From Mytilus edulis (taxonomy: Eukaryota): 64,000 nucleotides of DNA. This document shows, in pieces, positions 28,065 to 41,829 of this stretch; within the stretch, counting starts at the first letter, position 1; each line of letters begins with the position of its first letter. The notes beneath the pieces were generated by a model. The model did no database searches and was not told the DNA's origin. It saw only the letters and a list, made by a program, of their open reading frames with translations. The DNA lies in contig NC_092345.1 in the NCBI RefSeq assembly GCF_963676685.1, positions 93,930,001-93,994,000 of the forward strand. The letters run 5' to 3'. The position numbers and the translations under genes were made by a program.

Positions 28065-31000
28065 TTAATTGCTTTTGTTAAGTTTTGCTGTGGAATCCCG
28101 GTACTGTGCTACTTCTGCACCTTCCCAGTGTTTAACTGACAGTGGATCTAAATATCTGAAACATATTTAATAAATGTAAAAAATGACAATTTTCATGAGA
28201 AGACATGCATTTTCATATTCTTAAGTACTTTAAAGCCTCGGGACGTGAAATTAGAAAATACACATTGCTTTCTTAAATTAACAAACAAACAATAGAAACA
28301 GTGAATACAAAAAAGTTCTTTACTCTATAATACCATTGAAACACGTAAAACCATTTTAAACATTTCAATTTTTCATATCAAAGAACAAAAGCATTTAATG
28401 ACAACTAGTTAAAAGTAAAACTATTTAACATGTTAACATCATACAGTCCTACATTCACATGCTGAGAAATAATCAGCAAAACTACATTGACCCCACAGCT
28501 ATATATATATATAGCAGATCTAACATTGTTTGGTTGATGTTTAGACGAGTTGTATATATATACATATATGTATTTATACATATAAATGTATTTTGTATTT
28601 TTTGACTTGCTGACACAGTGTTATTTTGCAAAAAATGTTCATGGAAGTCATTTTTACTTTTCGTATGTATTGATAACGTATCTTGATCTTAAACTGTTAT
28701 CTTGCACAGTTTTGTATAATGTAAAATTACTTTGTTTTATTGTTTCTTTCTTATTTTTTTGCTTAACTTACGTTTTGATTACATAACTTGACACCTGTTT
28801 CTCCTTTTCCGTTAGTGGATTGTATACTGAGTCAAGGTTCTTTTTCATATTCTCTAAACTAAATGAAAAGTAATGGACATATTGTAAGGAAAATTTGATA
28901 TTGAACAATAGATACAAAATAAATATTTGAATATTCTTCAACTACATCTATGAATTGTAGAAATATATAGACTCTTGAACTCCAGAAAAGATAGTAGCAT
29001 CAATGAGTTCGATAAATAATAATTTTTCTATATTTAGTTAATTTTTGTCAAATGACAATGATTCTGTAAAGCATCAAATCTTTTAAATCCAACTTTCTTA
29101 CCTTGCAGAACTGACCAATGTTGTAGCTACTTCTTGTTGTAAAGTAAAAGCTGTTGCTATTCGGGAAATATCTACATTTTGTGCCTTCAAAGTACAAATC
29201 AGTTATACATAATAAGAATAAGATTGATTGATTGTTGGTTGCTTTACGCCGCAATAAGAATAAGGAGGCGTGTCATGGTTTTTTAATGAACAAATATCAA
29301 CCAGAAACCAAAATGACGCGGATACAATCAATTGTTGTTCACCGTGTGACCTTTAAAAGCGAGAAAACCCCAGGCATACCGTATCGTTATATCACAACAC
29401 ATTTAAAGAACAAAATAAAGGAAATCAATTGGAAATTGACTATTTGACGAAACACAGATATAAAATGAAACAGACACAAGTACAGGTCTGAGAGTACTGG
29501 TATAATTAGGTTATACCATAACAAAACATTGATTTTAAAACAGTGCAATATTTAAAACGGAAAGAATATATCTGTAAATCATATTGCAACTTAAGGAATA
29601 ATATGCGTCCTGTAAAAGTTCTCAGCAACTAGTTGTTTTCGATATTATGTAAATTCACAATATATTTACCTTACAGTACTCTGCACATTTCTTGCAAGCA
29701 TCTTTGATTTCAGGTAATGCAGGATGCCATTCTGGAGGTCCTCTATTAGAAAGTAGCCCCATACCAATAGGCGAAGCATTGACAATACCAATACCATTTT
29801 CCTATTAAAATACAATGCCAATAATATTGATGGTTCTTGTATGATACGAATTAATACTTTGAAATATTTAGTACAATGCATCCAAACTACCTCTTTGTTA
29901 ATGTTGGTATTTACTTATATGTAGCATAGTAAATATTGATATTGAGACTTTCTGAGTTTTTTTAATACTTTTTTTGTGTGCATATATCCATATTTTCATA
30001 CGACAGTTGATATACACTCGTTTGATGTGTTTTAGCTTTTGATTTTACCATTTGAATACGGACTTTTTGTTTTGAATTTTCCTCGGAATTCGGTATTTTT
30101 TTATTTTTGTTTACTGTTTTCAGTCTATAACAAATAATTTAAAATTGCCTTATACAATATTTTCCAGATAAAACATAATATAAATGTTGTTCAATAACAT
30201 AAAGTTATAAATAAGTTTAAAGAAAGATAATCTACTCTTTAACAAAGATAACATATAATAATAGAAACTCCTTTACAAAACAAAACAAAAACCCCAATCA
30301 GACTCAAGTTTGTGTTTATTACTAGTGAATGTGAAAAGAAACGCCTTTGCAGTTTAATTAAGATGCTTGGTGGAATTGTTGACCCATATCTTTGATGAGT
30401 AAAAAGAGTTTTAATACCTGAAAATATGGAATATAATCCACCAGTGAGTTATCGTGCATACATGCTCTACAGTATGTTAATACGGTATCAATCTTGATAG
30501 TACTTTTATCTATCACTGTTCTGAAAAGCGAAAAAATGATAATGAGACCATTTAACATTCCAAACAAATTTTCAAAGTTCACAATTAATATTGCAAAATG
30601 GTGTTAATAAAAAAAAGAAGTTTGCATTACAAATGAATGATACATTTCAAACTCTACCATTCTCTTCCATAACAGAGGTTTTAAGTATCATAAAGGCTGA
30701 TAGGTTTTAGTTATTTCTATTGTGTTTCTTTCCCTTTTGTGTATTTGATACAACAGAGCACAGCAACACTAGAAGTGAACACATACAGTAGCTTCTATTT
30801 TAGGATTGAGTCATGCGCTTTGTTTGAGGTAATTAGAATTACACTCAGTCTAAATGTGACAATACTGAGATGAATGAAATGTCAGGTTCGCTGCTGTAGA
30901 CGACTTGGTTTTGGCAATTTGTTGTTACTTTCATATACGTAAGGGTTCGCTTGGTATATTGTGCTGAATTCTGTATTTTCAGTTAACTTCACATCACCTA

Positions 31001-34000
31001 TCATCAAATAATGGTCGTGCTAAAGTAGTGGTTTTCTTAATTGACTGCTCAGCAGAAACAGTGATAAAAGACAACAATCGGACTGTGTCGATACAACTGC
31101 TGTTAGTGGTTTCCTCTAATAGAGTATCAACAGCCCAGCAGTCAACACTTCGGTGATGACATGAATTATCATTGATATTGGGATATTTATAAATATATTG
31201 TGTAATATTAACGGTACCAATTTTCCTGCACCAGATGCGCATTTCGACAATACATGTCTCTTCAGTGATGCTCGTGGCCAAAATAATTGAAATCCAAAGC
31301 TTATATAAAAGATGAAGAGCTATAATCCAAAAGGTCCAAAAAGTATAGCCAAATCTGTGAAAGGAATCACAGCTTTGCATGAGGGAGATACATTCCTTAA
31401 TTTATAATAATGTCTAACATTTTGTTTTTGGAGTTGTTTTAAATCTTATGATTTGCTACCCCAGGAATAGATTACTTAAGCTGTATTTGGCCTAACCTTT
31501 CAGAATTTCGACCCTCGATCAATGATTTTAATGTCCGTGCGTCTCAAGTACAAACTAAAAGCCTGATATCTTTGAGGGTTTTTTTTAATTGTCAGTGCAT
31601 TTATACGTTTGTTCCATACGAACATCCCATTATATGTAGTGTTGCTTTTCAAAGTTCTCTTTCTATTTACAATTGTTTTTATATCTGATTTAAAATTCTT
31701 GACTGAAAGCATTATTTTAGAACATGTAGTTTAAATGACGGGATATCTCGGGTAAATAAATGTTAAATTAACATACGCCTGAAAGAAAGAAAAAGATAAG
31801 CTAGAATAAAATATCTTCAGATTATCAGTACACAATTTCATATGGTAACGATATTGACTAACGCCTTTGTTATGAAATACGCACGGATACATTTAAAAAC
31901 AAATATAAAAAAACTCACCTAAAATTTTCTAAAGGATAACCTGTTATGCCAATAAACTTTGCCTTTCCACTGTCTTTGATTTTCTGGAGAGCTGGTAGTG
32001 TTTCATTGATAATTATGTCTAAATTAGGCGCAAATTCCATGTCGTGCACCTAGAATACATGTACATAACTTTTCAAGACCATACCCCTAGAATTTAATAC
32101 CAAAATATAAGTTCTATTTGCACATAGTAAAAACTCATCAAAGAAACATGATGAAAAAAGGAAATAAATTAAAAGTGTGAAGGTGCAAATAGGCATTTGA
32201 AGATTCATCCTTATCAATAAGTATAAATATCATTTAGTGATTGCATAAGGTCTATCTGTTAAGTATTTACATGTGTTAAAAACGTACACTGACCGTAGAG
32301 TATCATTACTAGTATAGAACATGTATTGCGGGTATCTCGGAATCATTTTGAAATACTGTAACTCGAATAGTTCCTGGTTGTCACTGTTGTGGTATAAAAT
32401 TCAAGAGCATTGAGGACCCAAAATCCAAAAAGTTTTGCTAAAACTCGAAATAAGGACACCTGAATAGTTTAAATTCTATTTTTGCTTTTCTCCTTTTACC
32501 AAAATCATATCCATAAATAAAGTCAACAGTAGTATACCGGTGTTCAAACAAAAACAGTTTTTTGTGTTCTAATGAAGATTTGTATTTCAATGCTCAGTAT
32601 TAGACTGTATTATGAAGTCATATATATGACAGAATTATGCAAAACAAAAATACTATTCTATTGTGTGAATCAGATCATAAACACTGTAGACAAAATCTAT
32701 GCACATTATAATTTGTACAACATTACAATTTGTACACACTATACACATTGTTAATTTTTTGGTATTTGACTTTCATGCTTACTTCTTTTGTGAAGACCGA
32801 TTGATATTGTTGGTTCCAAATGAAAGCTTTGTCTATGGCAGTGTTGAATAATCTTTTTGGTCTTTTGATAGGGGTTATCCCAGCGCTGGTTTTTTTTTCA
32901 GAGATTTTGTTTTACGTAGGAAATATTTCTCTTCATTATCAATCTAATTTAGATATAGAACTGTGATTTTTTTTATACTTCACTAAATGGAGTATGACGA
33001 AGTCAGAGTTCAAAATTTAAATAGATTGATTTACTGTGTGGATCATGCGTTCATCAATCAACCATTCTTTTGCTCTCTCTTTACAAGTTTTTTAGTCTGC
33101 CAGATGCTTGTAAATATTCACATTTCAGTGAGTGCTTGCATATAATATATCCCAGTGAACTTGATATAAAGGATACTACCGCAAGTAGAAGATATAATTC
33201 ATATCTTGATCTCGTCTTCGATATTGTCACAGATCTAGAATCTAAGACAAACGTAATAGTTTTAGCTTTCCAATTGTCAATTCACCCCGATTCATCGTCC
33301 ACTATATAACTTTTATTTTGTTTCCTAATGAACTGTTGCTAATAAGAAACAAATCCTGTGTTTTCTTGCCGCTTTCTTTACTTCCTTTTGGTTCATGACA
33401 ATTTGGTTTAGGAAGCGATCTCAGCTGATGTCTTGCATTCAACGGGACCCTGTTTTACTGAGTATTATTTTTTGTGGATGTGAGAATGCTATTGAATTTC
33501 CTATTAATCTCAATGTCGGCGGGATGATTCTACTTGCAGGTTGCTTGAGCCTGTTATTTTGGCTTATAGTATATGAGTTCAAAGTTTTCATTTATTTTTA
33601 TTCATTCTGGTCCAAAATATATATCATAAAAATATTTCCTAATCTGTTTAAATTTTCTGTTTTTATAATATTGAATCATTCGAAACACTAGTGTTTTTCT
33701 ACCACTAGTATAGATTACCAAATTTTTATTTGGCACAACTTTTTGATAATTTTTGGTTTTAATGCGTCTCAGTTCACACTTTAATAAGGCCTTTCAACTG
33801 TATTGATAAGAGCGTCACGGACCAGGATTAGGAAGGGAAAAAAACATATTTAGCAAACACATTTATATGCCTGATAACTTTAATGAAGTTTTATAACATT
33901 TACAAAATGTTTGACAATACAAATTGAAACAAAAAGATGGTCCACAACTTATATTCTCTAGAAGCTTTATAATCTAAAAACTGGTTAACATGACACAGAA

Positions 34001-37000
34001 TAGATTCTTTCCTATATAAACCGACGATCTTTTTAGAATAAAACAAATAAACACATCATTAATACCAGGATCAAAATTTTATATTTACGCCAAACGCGCG
34101 TTTCGTCTTAAAAAGACTCATTAGTGACGCTCGAATCAAAAAATGTTTGAAAGGACAAATAGAGTACAAAGTTGAAGAGCATTGAGGACCAAAAATTCCT
34201 AAAAGTTTTGCCAAATACAGCTAAGGTAATCTATTCCTCAGATAGAAAAGCCTCAGTATTTCAAAAATTCGAAGTTTTGTTAACAGTTAATTTATAATTA
34301 TGAACATATTATATCAATGATAACGCAAGTCAACACAGAAGTGCTGACAACTGGGCTGGTGATATCCTCGGAAAATCAATCTCCACCAGCAGCGTCATCG
34401 ACCCAGTGGTTGCAAATAAACTCATCATAAATACCAGGATCAAAATATTATATTTACGTCAGACGCGCGTTTCGTCTTAAAAAGACTCATTAGTGACGCT
34501 CGAATCAAAAAAATATAAAAAAGGCCAAATAGAGTACAAAGTTGAAGAGCATTGAGGACAAAAAATTCCTAAAAGTTTTGCCAAATACAGCTAAGGTAAT
34601 CTATTCCTGAGGTACAAATGAGTGAATTTAAAAGACAAAAGGTCATTTCAAGAATAGAATAAAATAAATTTGGTCTTAAAATTAAACTGGTTTTTTTTTG
34701 CTTTGTATAGTTTTGTTAATATTGAAGTAACCTTTTCACTACTATATATCGTAAAACATTTTATAAGACAGTTGTTTTTCACTCGTTTTGTTGTTATGTT
34801 TGATAATTTTTGATTTTGTCCGTTTTTATGGATTTTCTTTTACGAATTTGCCTTGCAGAAGACGGATTCAACAGGGTTACGAAAAATGTAATATTAATTC
34901 TATACATTATGAGTTCCATCGTTCGTTTCGATGGACGTTGCATTGATGTTTGTTCTTTGTTGCACTTCTGTGTTCTGTTATTTCGTTGTTTTTCTCTTAC
35001 AGTTGACGAGTTTCCATCGGGGTTGTAGTTTGTAACCAGGATTTTTTTTTCTCTCAATCGATTTATGACTTTTGATCAGCGATATGCTACTGTTGCCTTT
35101 ATTTGTACCTTTATCTTACCTGTATGATATCAATGTATTCCAACCCATGCTCTGTAAACTCTCGTCTACAATCTGTATTACCCTTTATCTTACCTGTATG
35201 ATATCAATGTATTCCAACCCAAGCCTCTATAAACTCTCGTCTACACTCTGTATTACCCTTTATCTTACCTGTACGATATCAATGTATTCCAACCCAAGCC
35301 TCTGTAAACTCTCGTCTACACTCTGTATTACCCTTTATCTTACCTGTATGATATCAATGTATTCCAACCCACGATCTGTAAACTCTCGTCTACGCTTAAG
35401 AATAACAGTACTATAGTCGTAGCGGAGACAGTAAAACGGAAATATGCGACGGTCAAATAAAAATTGACGGTGTCAACATTTTAACTACAGTACTGTTATT
35501 CCGGTTATAATGCATTACAAAAAAGAAACAATACGTTAGAGCTTGAAAAAATGTATAAATTTGACAAACAGAAAAAATCCACGAAACTTAATGAACAATT
35601 TTGGCGTTAAGGCGTCATGACTGAACGTGACGTCATACAAATGAAATCTTACTAACTGGAGGTTATTAGGTTACCTCTACGATTCAAATTCGGATAAAAT
35701 CACATTAAAACGGCGAATTAGAGTTAAGTGTTGTTTTATTTTCAATACTATTATAGTAATCAAACATTTGTTGATCCATTCAATTCAAAACGGCGGGTCC
35801 CTCTTAAGTCACGCCTGGTCAACTGTGGATTTGACGGTAACTTCTAGCCAATGAAAAAGAGTGTTACATAAAAATTGCATTATAATCTGTATTACCCTTT
35901 ATCTTACCTGTATGATATCAATGTATTCCAACCCAAGCCTCTGTAAACTCTCGTCTACACTCTGTATTACCCTTTATCTTACCTGTATGATATCAATGTA
36001 TTCCAACCCACGCCTCTGTAAACTCTCGTCTACACTCTGTATTACCCTTTATCTTACCTGTATGATATCAATGTATTCCAACCCAAGCCTCTGTAAACTC
36101 TCGTCTACACTCTGTATTACCCTTTATCTTACCTGTATGATATCAATGTATTCCAACCCACGCCTCTGTAAACTCTCGTCTACACTCTGTATTACCCTTT
36201 ATCTTACCTGTATGATATCAATGTATTCCAACCCACGCCTCTGTAAACTCTCGTCTACACTCTGTATAACCCTTTATCTTACCTGTATGATATCAATGTA
36301 TTCCAACCCACGCCTCTGTAAACTCTCGTCTACACTCTGTTTAACCCTTTATCTTACCTGTATGATATCAATGTATTCCAACCCAAGCCTCTGTAAACTC
36401 TCGACTACACTCTGTATTACCCTTTATCTTACCTGTATGATATCAATGTATTCCAACCCAAGCCTCTGTAAACTCTCGTCTACACTCTGTATTACCCTTT
36501 CTGCTCTGAAATCAAACATGTTCTCTACCTCTGGCTGATAACGTCCAACTTTTGTTGCCAAATAATAAGATTGTCTTTGAACTGATGGCAATGCCTAAAA
36601 TGATACATGTTTTTAAATGTTTTTTACACTGGGTGTGGATTCTTTGGTTTTGTGCCGAAGGTTGCTGTCTCATCGCCATATTATGCCTAAAACTTTGTCA
36701 CTTTTTTGTAGTCTTATGTAGGCAAAACGCGCGTCACTGCTGATGGACGTTTATCGTCCCCGAGGGTATCACCAGCCCAGTAGTCAGCACTTCGGCGTTG
36801 ACATGAATATCAATTATTTGATCATTTTTATAAATTTCCTGTTTACGAAACTTTGAATTTTTCGAAAAAATAAGGATTTTCTTATCCCAAGCATAGATTA
36901 TCATAGCCGTATTTGGAACAACTTTTTGGAATTTTGGATCCTTACTGCTTTGCAGCTTTGTACTTGTTTTTGCTTTATAACTATTTTGATTTGAGCGTCA

Positions 37001-40000
37001 CTGATGAGTCTTATGTAGACGAAACGCGCGTCTGGCGTAGTATATTATAATCCTGGTACCTTTGACAACTATTTTGTCAATTTGTTTTGGTTTAAAATCA
37101 ATCCTTTGTCCTTTGTCCATACTGTATAGCATTAGTTGTTGAATGTAAAAAAAACGTTGATAACATTTGGAACACAAATGCCTGCTCCTGTATCATATCC
37201 TTTGATTTGTTCTTATTATATGGTTTCATATTCCATTTAAGGAACAACAATTCAAATAATATGTATGAATGGATGCAGTTTAAAACAAGAGTTCAAATAA
37301 TGGAAAAGCTCCTTCTTAATAATAATTTGGAAAAGATATCATACACGCAATGTATTGTTAGTGTCTTTGTCTACTATCTACAATTTTTAAAAAATAATTC
37401 CATATGTATATCTATTTCGAGTTTTTTTTTTATTATTATAAACGTTTACCCAGTTGTAGTTACATAGCTGCTAAAAATTCTATAAATATACTCTTCCTTG
37501 TAAAAGATTTGCATACCTTGCCTAGAACTGTTTCTGATTTACCATGACCATACCAAGGAGCGGTGTCTATATAGTTGATTCCACTTTTAAGGACGAACTC
37601 AACAACTTTCTGTGACTCTGCATCATTAGTTTCATGAAAAACGCTGCCTAGTGAAGAAGCGCCTGTTTTGAATTACAGAAATTATTTGATTAGTATTTAC
37701 CAAATATGAGTAATCCAACCGGAAACGTATTGTGGTATGCATGATGAGTTAGATAAAAAAAATATATGATAAATCTACCACTGAATATGCGATATCAAAC
37801 ATGGATATGAATGAGCTCATCATAAATAAAAGGCTGAAATATTACATATTTCAGATGTGCGTTTCGTCTACAAAAATAAATCACTATCAATATAATAGGT
37901 ACGTGCAAGGTAGGTCGAGCAGAATGAAGTTTGGCAAATTTGCACTGTCACTGACTAGAAATAGTTATCAAAGGTACCAGGCTTATATTTTGATTCGTCA
38001 GACGCGCGTTTCGTCTACACAAGACTCATCAGTGTCGCTCAAATCCAAAAAATAAAAAAAGGTCAAATAAAGTATGAAGTTGAAAAGTATCGAGGACGAA
38101 AGTTTTTGCCAAATTTGGAAATGAATGAACTCATCATAAATACCAGGCTGAAAATTTGGTATGAAAGACACGTGTTTCATCTACAAAAAATCATTGGTGA
38201 CGCTGAAACCCAAAAATATAAAAAGGTCAAAGAAAGTATGAAGTTGAAGAGCATCGAGGACGAACGCTTTTGCCAAATCAGCTTAGCTAATTTGTTCATG
38301 GGTGGAGCATATATAGTATTTTATAAAGTTTTGTAAACATTTTATTAATAATTATGACCATATCAATGTCAATTCTTGTCTAGCTTGTCATGGACGAAGC
38401 GGTTGTAACCCAACTCATTATAGATGCCATGCTTGCAATTGTGTACGTCGGACGCGCGTGTACAACTCACAATTATAAGACATGGATTCTACGCCATAAC
38501 CAGGATAACTTTTTAAGTTACAAGATAATGAATAATACCAAGAGCGCATTTAGCTTTACAATTTAAAAGGTCCGTAGCCTATGTGTTGCTTTTAATCATT
38601 TGAAGCGTTAGTGAACTGCTATAATGTTGGAGAGTTGCTAATAAATTACGATATACTCTAACACAAATAGGTTGGGGAGCAGATCTGCTTACCCTTCCGG
38701 AGCACCTGAGAATACCCCTAGTTTTTTTGGTGAGGTTCGTGATGTTTATTCTTTAGTTTCCTATGTTGTGTCATGTGTGCTGTTGTTTGTTTGTCTTTTT
38801 CATTTTTAGCCATGGCGTTATCAGTTTGTTTTAGATTTATAAGTTTGGCTGTCCCTTTGGTATTTTTCGTCCCTCTTTTAAATAGTTTATGCTTTTGATT
38901 TTAGACTTTTTCAATTGTGATGTGATTTCCTTTGCATTTTTTCCAGATAAGGAACCGGACCAAATTCGAGGACAATAAAATCTCTTAAGCAAACATAGGT
39001 TTAGCACTTCTAGCAAACCACTTCTACAAACACGTGTTTTTCCTCACAAAACGAATAATCACCTGTTTAAATGATATATCGATATTTGAGGTATGATACA
39101 GACTTACTTCATCTTGAAAGTAAGTATAGTTAGGTGTCATGACAATACATACCGTAACTGAGAACTGATACTTTCATGCCAGTGTTGCCCAAGTCGTTAT
39201 ACCTCATCTTTGATACTGAATCCCCATCATGGAATTCCTCGACAAAAGTTTCTGGAAACCTGAAATGTTCAATTTATTTATTTAGAATCTCTATTTCCTA
39301 AAACTGCTTCATTATTCAATAGAAGTTTCTAATTGAAGAATGTACAAACCGAGAAACGTTTTAAAACGAATGCTTTATAGCTGAATGTCCATCAATGTGC
39401 ACCATCAATGGCTAGTATTACAATTTCGGTTGGGGTCAATACTGAAGAGACATGAGATGAACTTTTTACTGTTAGAGGTATTAGCTATCAATTTGTAACA
39501 ACGATCAATCATTTTCGAATCTCGCATAAATAGATTTATATCCACAGAATGACTGGATGTCCCTTAATTTACAGTTAGCTTGACAGTAAATACGATCAAA
39601 GATATTCTCTACATAAACAAAGGTCTTTCGATTGATTTTATGAAAGAAAATGGTTTGGATTGACAGGCAGTAAATTATTTGAAGTTCTAGAATTAAACAA
39701 TCTCAAGATACTGTATAAGATTGGGAGTCTCCCTTTTTATCAGTTCTAATAAGATACTAGTAACGTATGCAATGGCTCTTTTTAACTGCTTTTCGAATCC
39801 TTTATTATATGAGATAACATTTCAATATTAGAAAATAGCTTCATTTAAGGAACAATTTATCTTCTATTAAACAGCTACTTGATTAATTGTCTGTATACGT
39901 CAAGTGTTATGAATCGAATAAAACTGAACCGTTACATGATCAGGATTTGGTCAATATTTACATCTGTATACATACTGTACTTATAGGTCGTTATACGGTG

Positions 40001-41161
40001 ATGTAAACAGATTATTTTTTGAAAGATGAATATAAAAAAAAAGTTTAATAGCAAACAAAAAGAACTTCAAGGTAATTTCGAAACGGAAAGTTCTATATCA
40101 AAAAGCAACCAAAAGCTCAAACACATCAAAACGAATAGAAACAACTGTCATGTTCCTAAAGACTTTTATTTCATTACACTTATATTGCTATTCATATATC
40201 CATAATAGTTGAAATGTAAATTAAGTTGTAATTAACATACGTATAAAAATGAATAAGAAATACATATATATAGGACATAAAAATGAAGAAAAAAAACATC
40301 AACTATAGGAAATTAAATATTATGAAATGATTCTAATTTGCTTTAGTTAATAATAATGGTGTAAAAATACTTGATTAACAATGCAAAGTAAAGGAAACAC
40401 TCACATGTATGTTATATATATATTCTAATACTATTGTAAATAATGATATCCGTGTATGTCAGATTTATACATGTGTTATATGAAGCAGATGTACCGCTGA
40501 TTTTCATCAGTATATATATATATATATATTGATTTTCTGTATTTATTCTTGATGTGCTAAATTACGTTCCTTATTTTGAGTCTTACTATGTTTTAGGATA
40601 TTGATTTGTAGTGTTTATTTCCAGAATAAACCTTCGACAATGTTATATATCAACAGGTGACAAACATGTACTTCCTCAAATCTTCTCGACTAAACGGCTT
40701 ATATGACTCTCAAAATGCTGTAAAAGCTGAATTTGGCGAATACAAATACAAAACAAAACTCAGTTACAAACAGCTTTATAAATTGGGCTTTTTTCAAATT
40801 TAATAGTGTTTTGTAATCACTGCAACATTAAATGAACAACCCCCGTAAATTGTTCGGACAAATTGTTTTTGTCTATTTATATATCAGGATTCTTTTGTTT
40901 TACTGTTAGCCTCCACATGCACGTTGTCTGGTATAGTACTTTTTGTTTTTGTTTTGTATATCAGTGTTGTTTTTCTTCAATTCTGACAAACCTGCTGCTA
41001 CGTGCAGTGTTTTCGTTAACAGAAATCTGTTTTCTGACAAACACTCATGTTTCAAACATTTTCATGAAAAATGACACGTAATCAATAGTGCTGTAGTATG
41101 TTCTAGACAGTAGAATATGAAACCAAAACACAAGTTATTTTGCTTACCGTTTCGTCGTCAT
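28065..41161 (-). CDS. Aldo-keto reductase, L-galactose dehydrogenase-like subfamily, 351 aa, 10 coding exons
   Basis: Exons 41161-41148, 39259-39153, 37662-37517, 36594-36433, 32049-31919, 30520-30418, 29801-29670, 29184-29102, 28858-28772 and 28155-28065 (1056 nt, all GT-AG, phases consistent). MTTKRFPETFVEEFHDGDSVSKMRYNDLGNTGMKVSVLSYGASSLG...GINYIDTAPWYG...YYLATKVGRY...SLQRLGLEYIDIIQVHDMEF...IGITGYPL...GIVNASPIGMGLLSNRGPPEWHPA...KHWEGAEV. The AKR tetrad D/Y/K/H is intact. Confidence 0.93.
33115..33295 (+). mobile_element. Degraded Penelope-like retroelement RT fragment
   Basis: Translates as HFSECLHIIYPSELDIKDTTASRRYNSYLDL, then after a frameshift DKRNSFSFPIVN, matching the IYP.EL.IKDTT...SYLDL / DKRDDFNFPIVNF pattern of PLE RTs. 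Confidence 0.65.
34055..34615. repeat. Partial tandem dimer (369-bp period) of a dispersed repeat family
   Basis: ataccaggatcaaaat...acgcgcgtttcgtc...tgacgctcgaatc at 34062 and 34431. Related copies near 36720-37075 (inverted), 37810-38460 and 31205-31425. Confidence 0.75.
35108..36500 (-). repeat. 75-bp tandem array = last 66 nt of AKR exon 4 + first 9 intron nt (12 donor copies)
   Basis: Minus-strand unit AGG GTA ATA CAG AGT GTA GAC GAG AGT TTA CAG AGG CTT GGG TTG GAA TAC ATT GAT ATC ATA CAG|GTAAGATAA. Four donor copies at 35116-35345 and eight at 35903-36432, separated by an insertion. Confidence 0.95.
35394..35883. mobile_element. ~490-bp insertion splitting the 75-bp array
   Basis: Array sequence stops at ..ctcgtctac (35393) and resumes at atctgtattaccc (~35885). 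The insert carries inverted pairs gaataacagtact/agtactgttattc and tataatgca/tgcattata. Confidence 0.65.
38675..38880 (+). repeat. Dispersed repeat (possible Penelope-associated 3' end)
   Basis: gagcagatctgcttacccttccggagcacctgag...ggtatttttcgtccctctttt; a related copy lies at about 8940-9092. Confidence 0.5.
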
Positions 41162-41829
41162 TTTTGAACATGTATGTTTATAGAGACTTTATCGTGTTGA
41201 CAATTTGATAATCATTTTAGACATCCGGTACATTTATCTGTCTGATAACAATTTCATATTTACAGTTGTTCGCCGAATGAAGTGTACTTTAAAATAAATT
41301 CTTTAATGTGACAAAAACTAGTGTACATCTGGTTTCAATCATTATTTTAAATCAAAATAAAATTTAAGTTGGAAAAAATAATATTTAACATTTTATATAA
41401 AGCCAATCTTATTTGCTCCAATGTGTTTTTCCAACTTAAATTTTATTTTGATTTGTAAATTTAAAATATTGAAATTGATCTGACATTATCCAGTTATCTA
41501 AATCTTTTCTGTTTGCATGACCTATGCATCCAAATTTATTGTATCTTATAGTATAGTCTTATACTCTGATGATCAGTCTGATTCGGCTTGATGAAAAGGT
41601 AAACAACATCCAGCCTTTAAGTATAACATAAGACAACAAAGAAAAAAGTTAGTGGATAGTTTCACATACCTGTGAGTTGTTATAGATACCAGCGAAAAAC
41701 AAATGACATAAAAAATATAATAAAAAAAGGTAGAGCAACATTTTACAAAACAAGAAAAAAATACGGGCATCAAAATAATACAGTAAGAATACTAAAATGA
41801 AAATTTATATAAACAATGTAATGTTATTG

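Noticed and set aside
30994-31380. 128-aa ORF inside an AKR intron
   Set aside because: It overlaps a dispersed repeat copy, has no recognisable domain, and the AKR frame is complete without it.
35861-36538. 225-aa Cys-rich repetitive ORF (and 35072-35416) on the + strand
   Set aside because: Antisense reading of the 75-bp exon-derived array; it stays open only because the unit is a multiple of 3.
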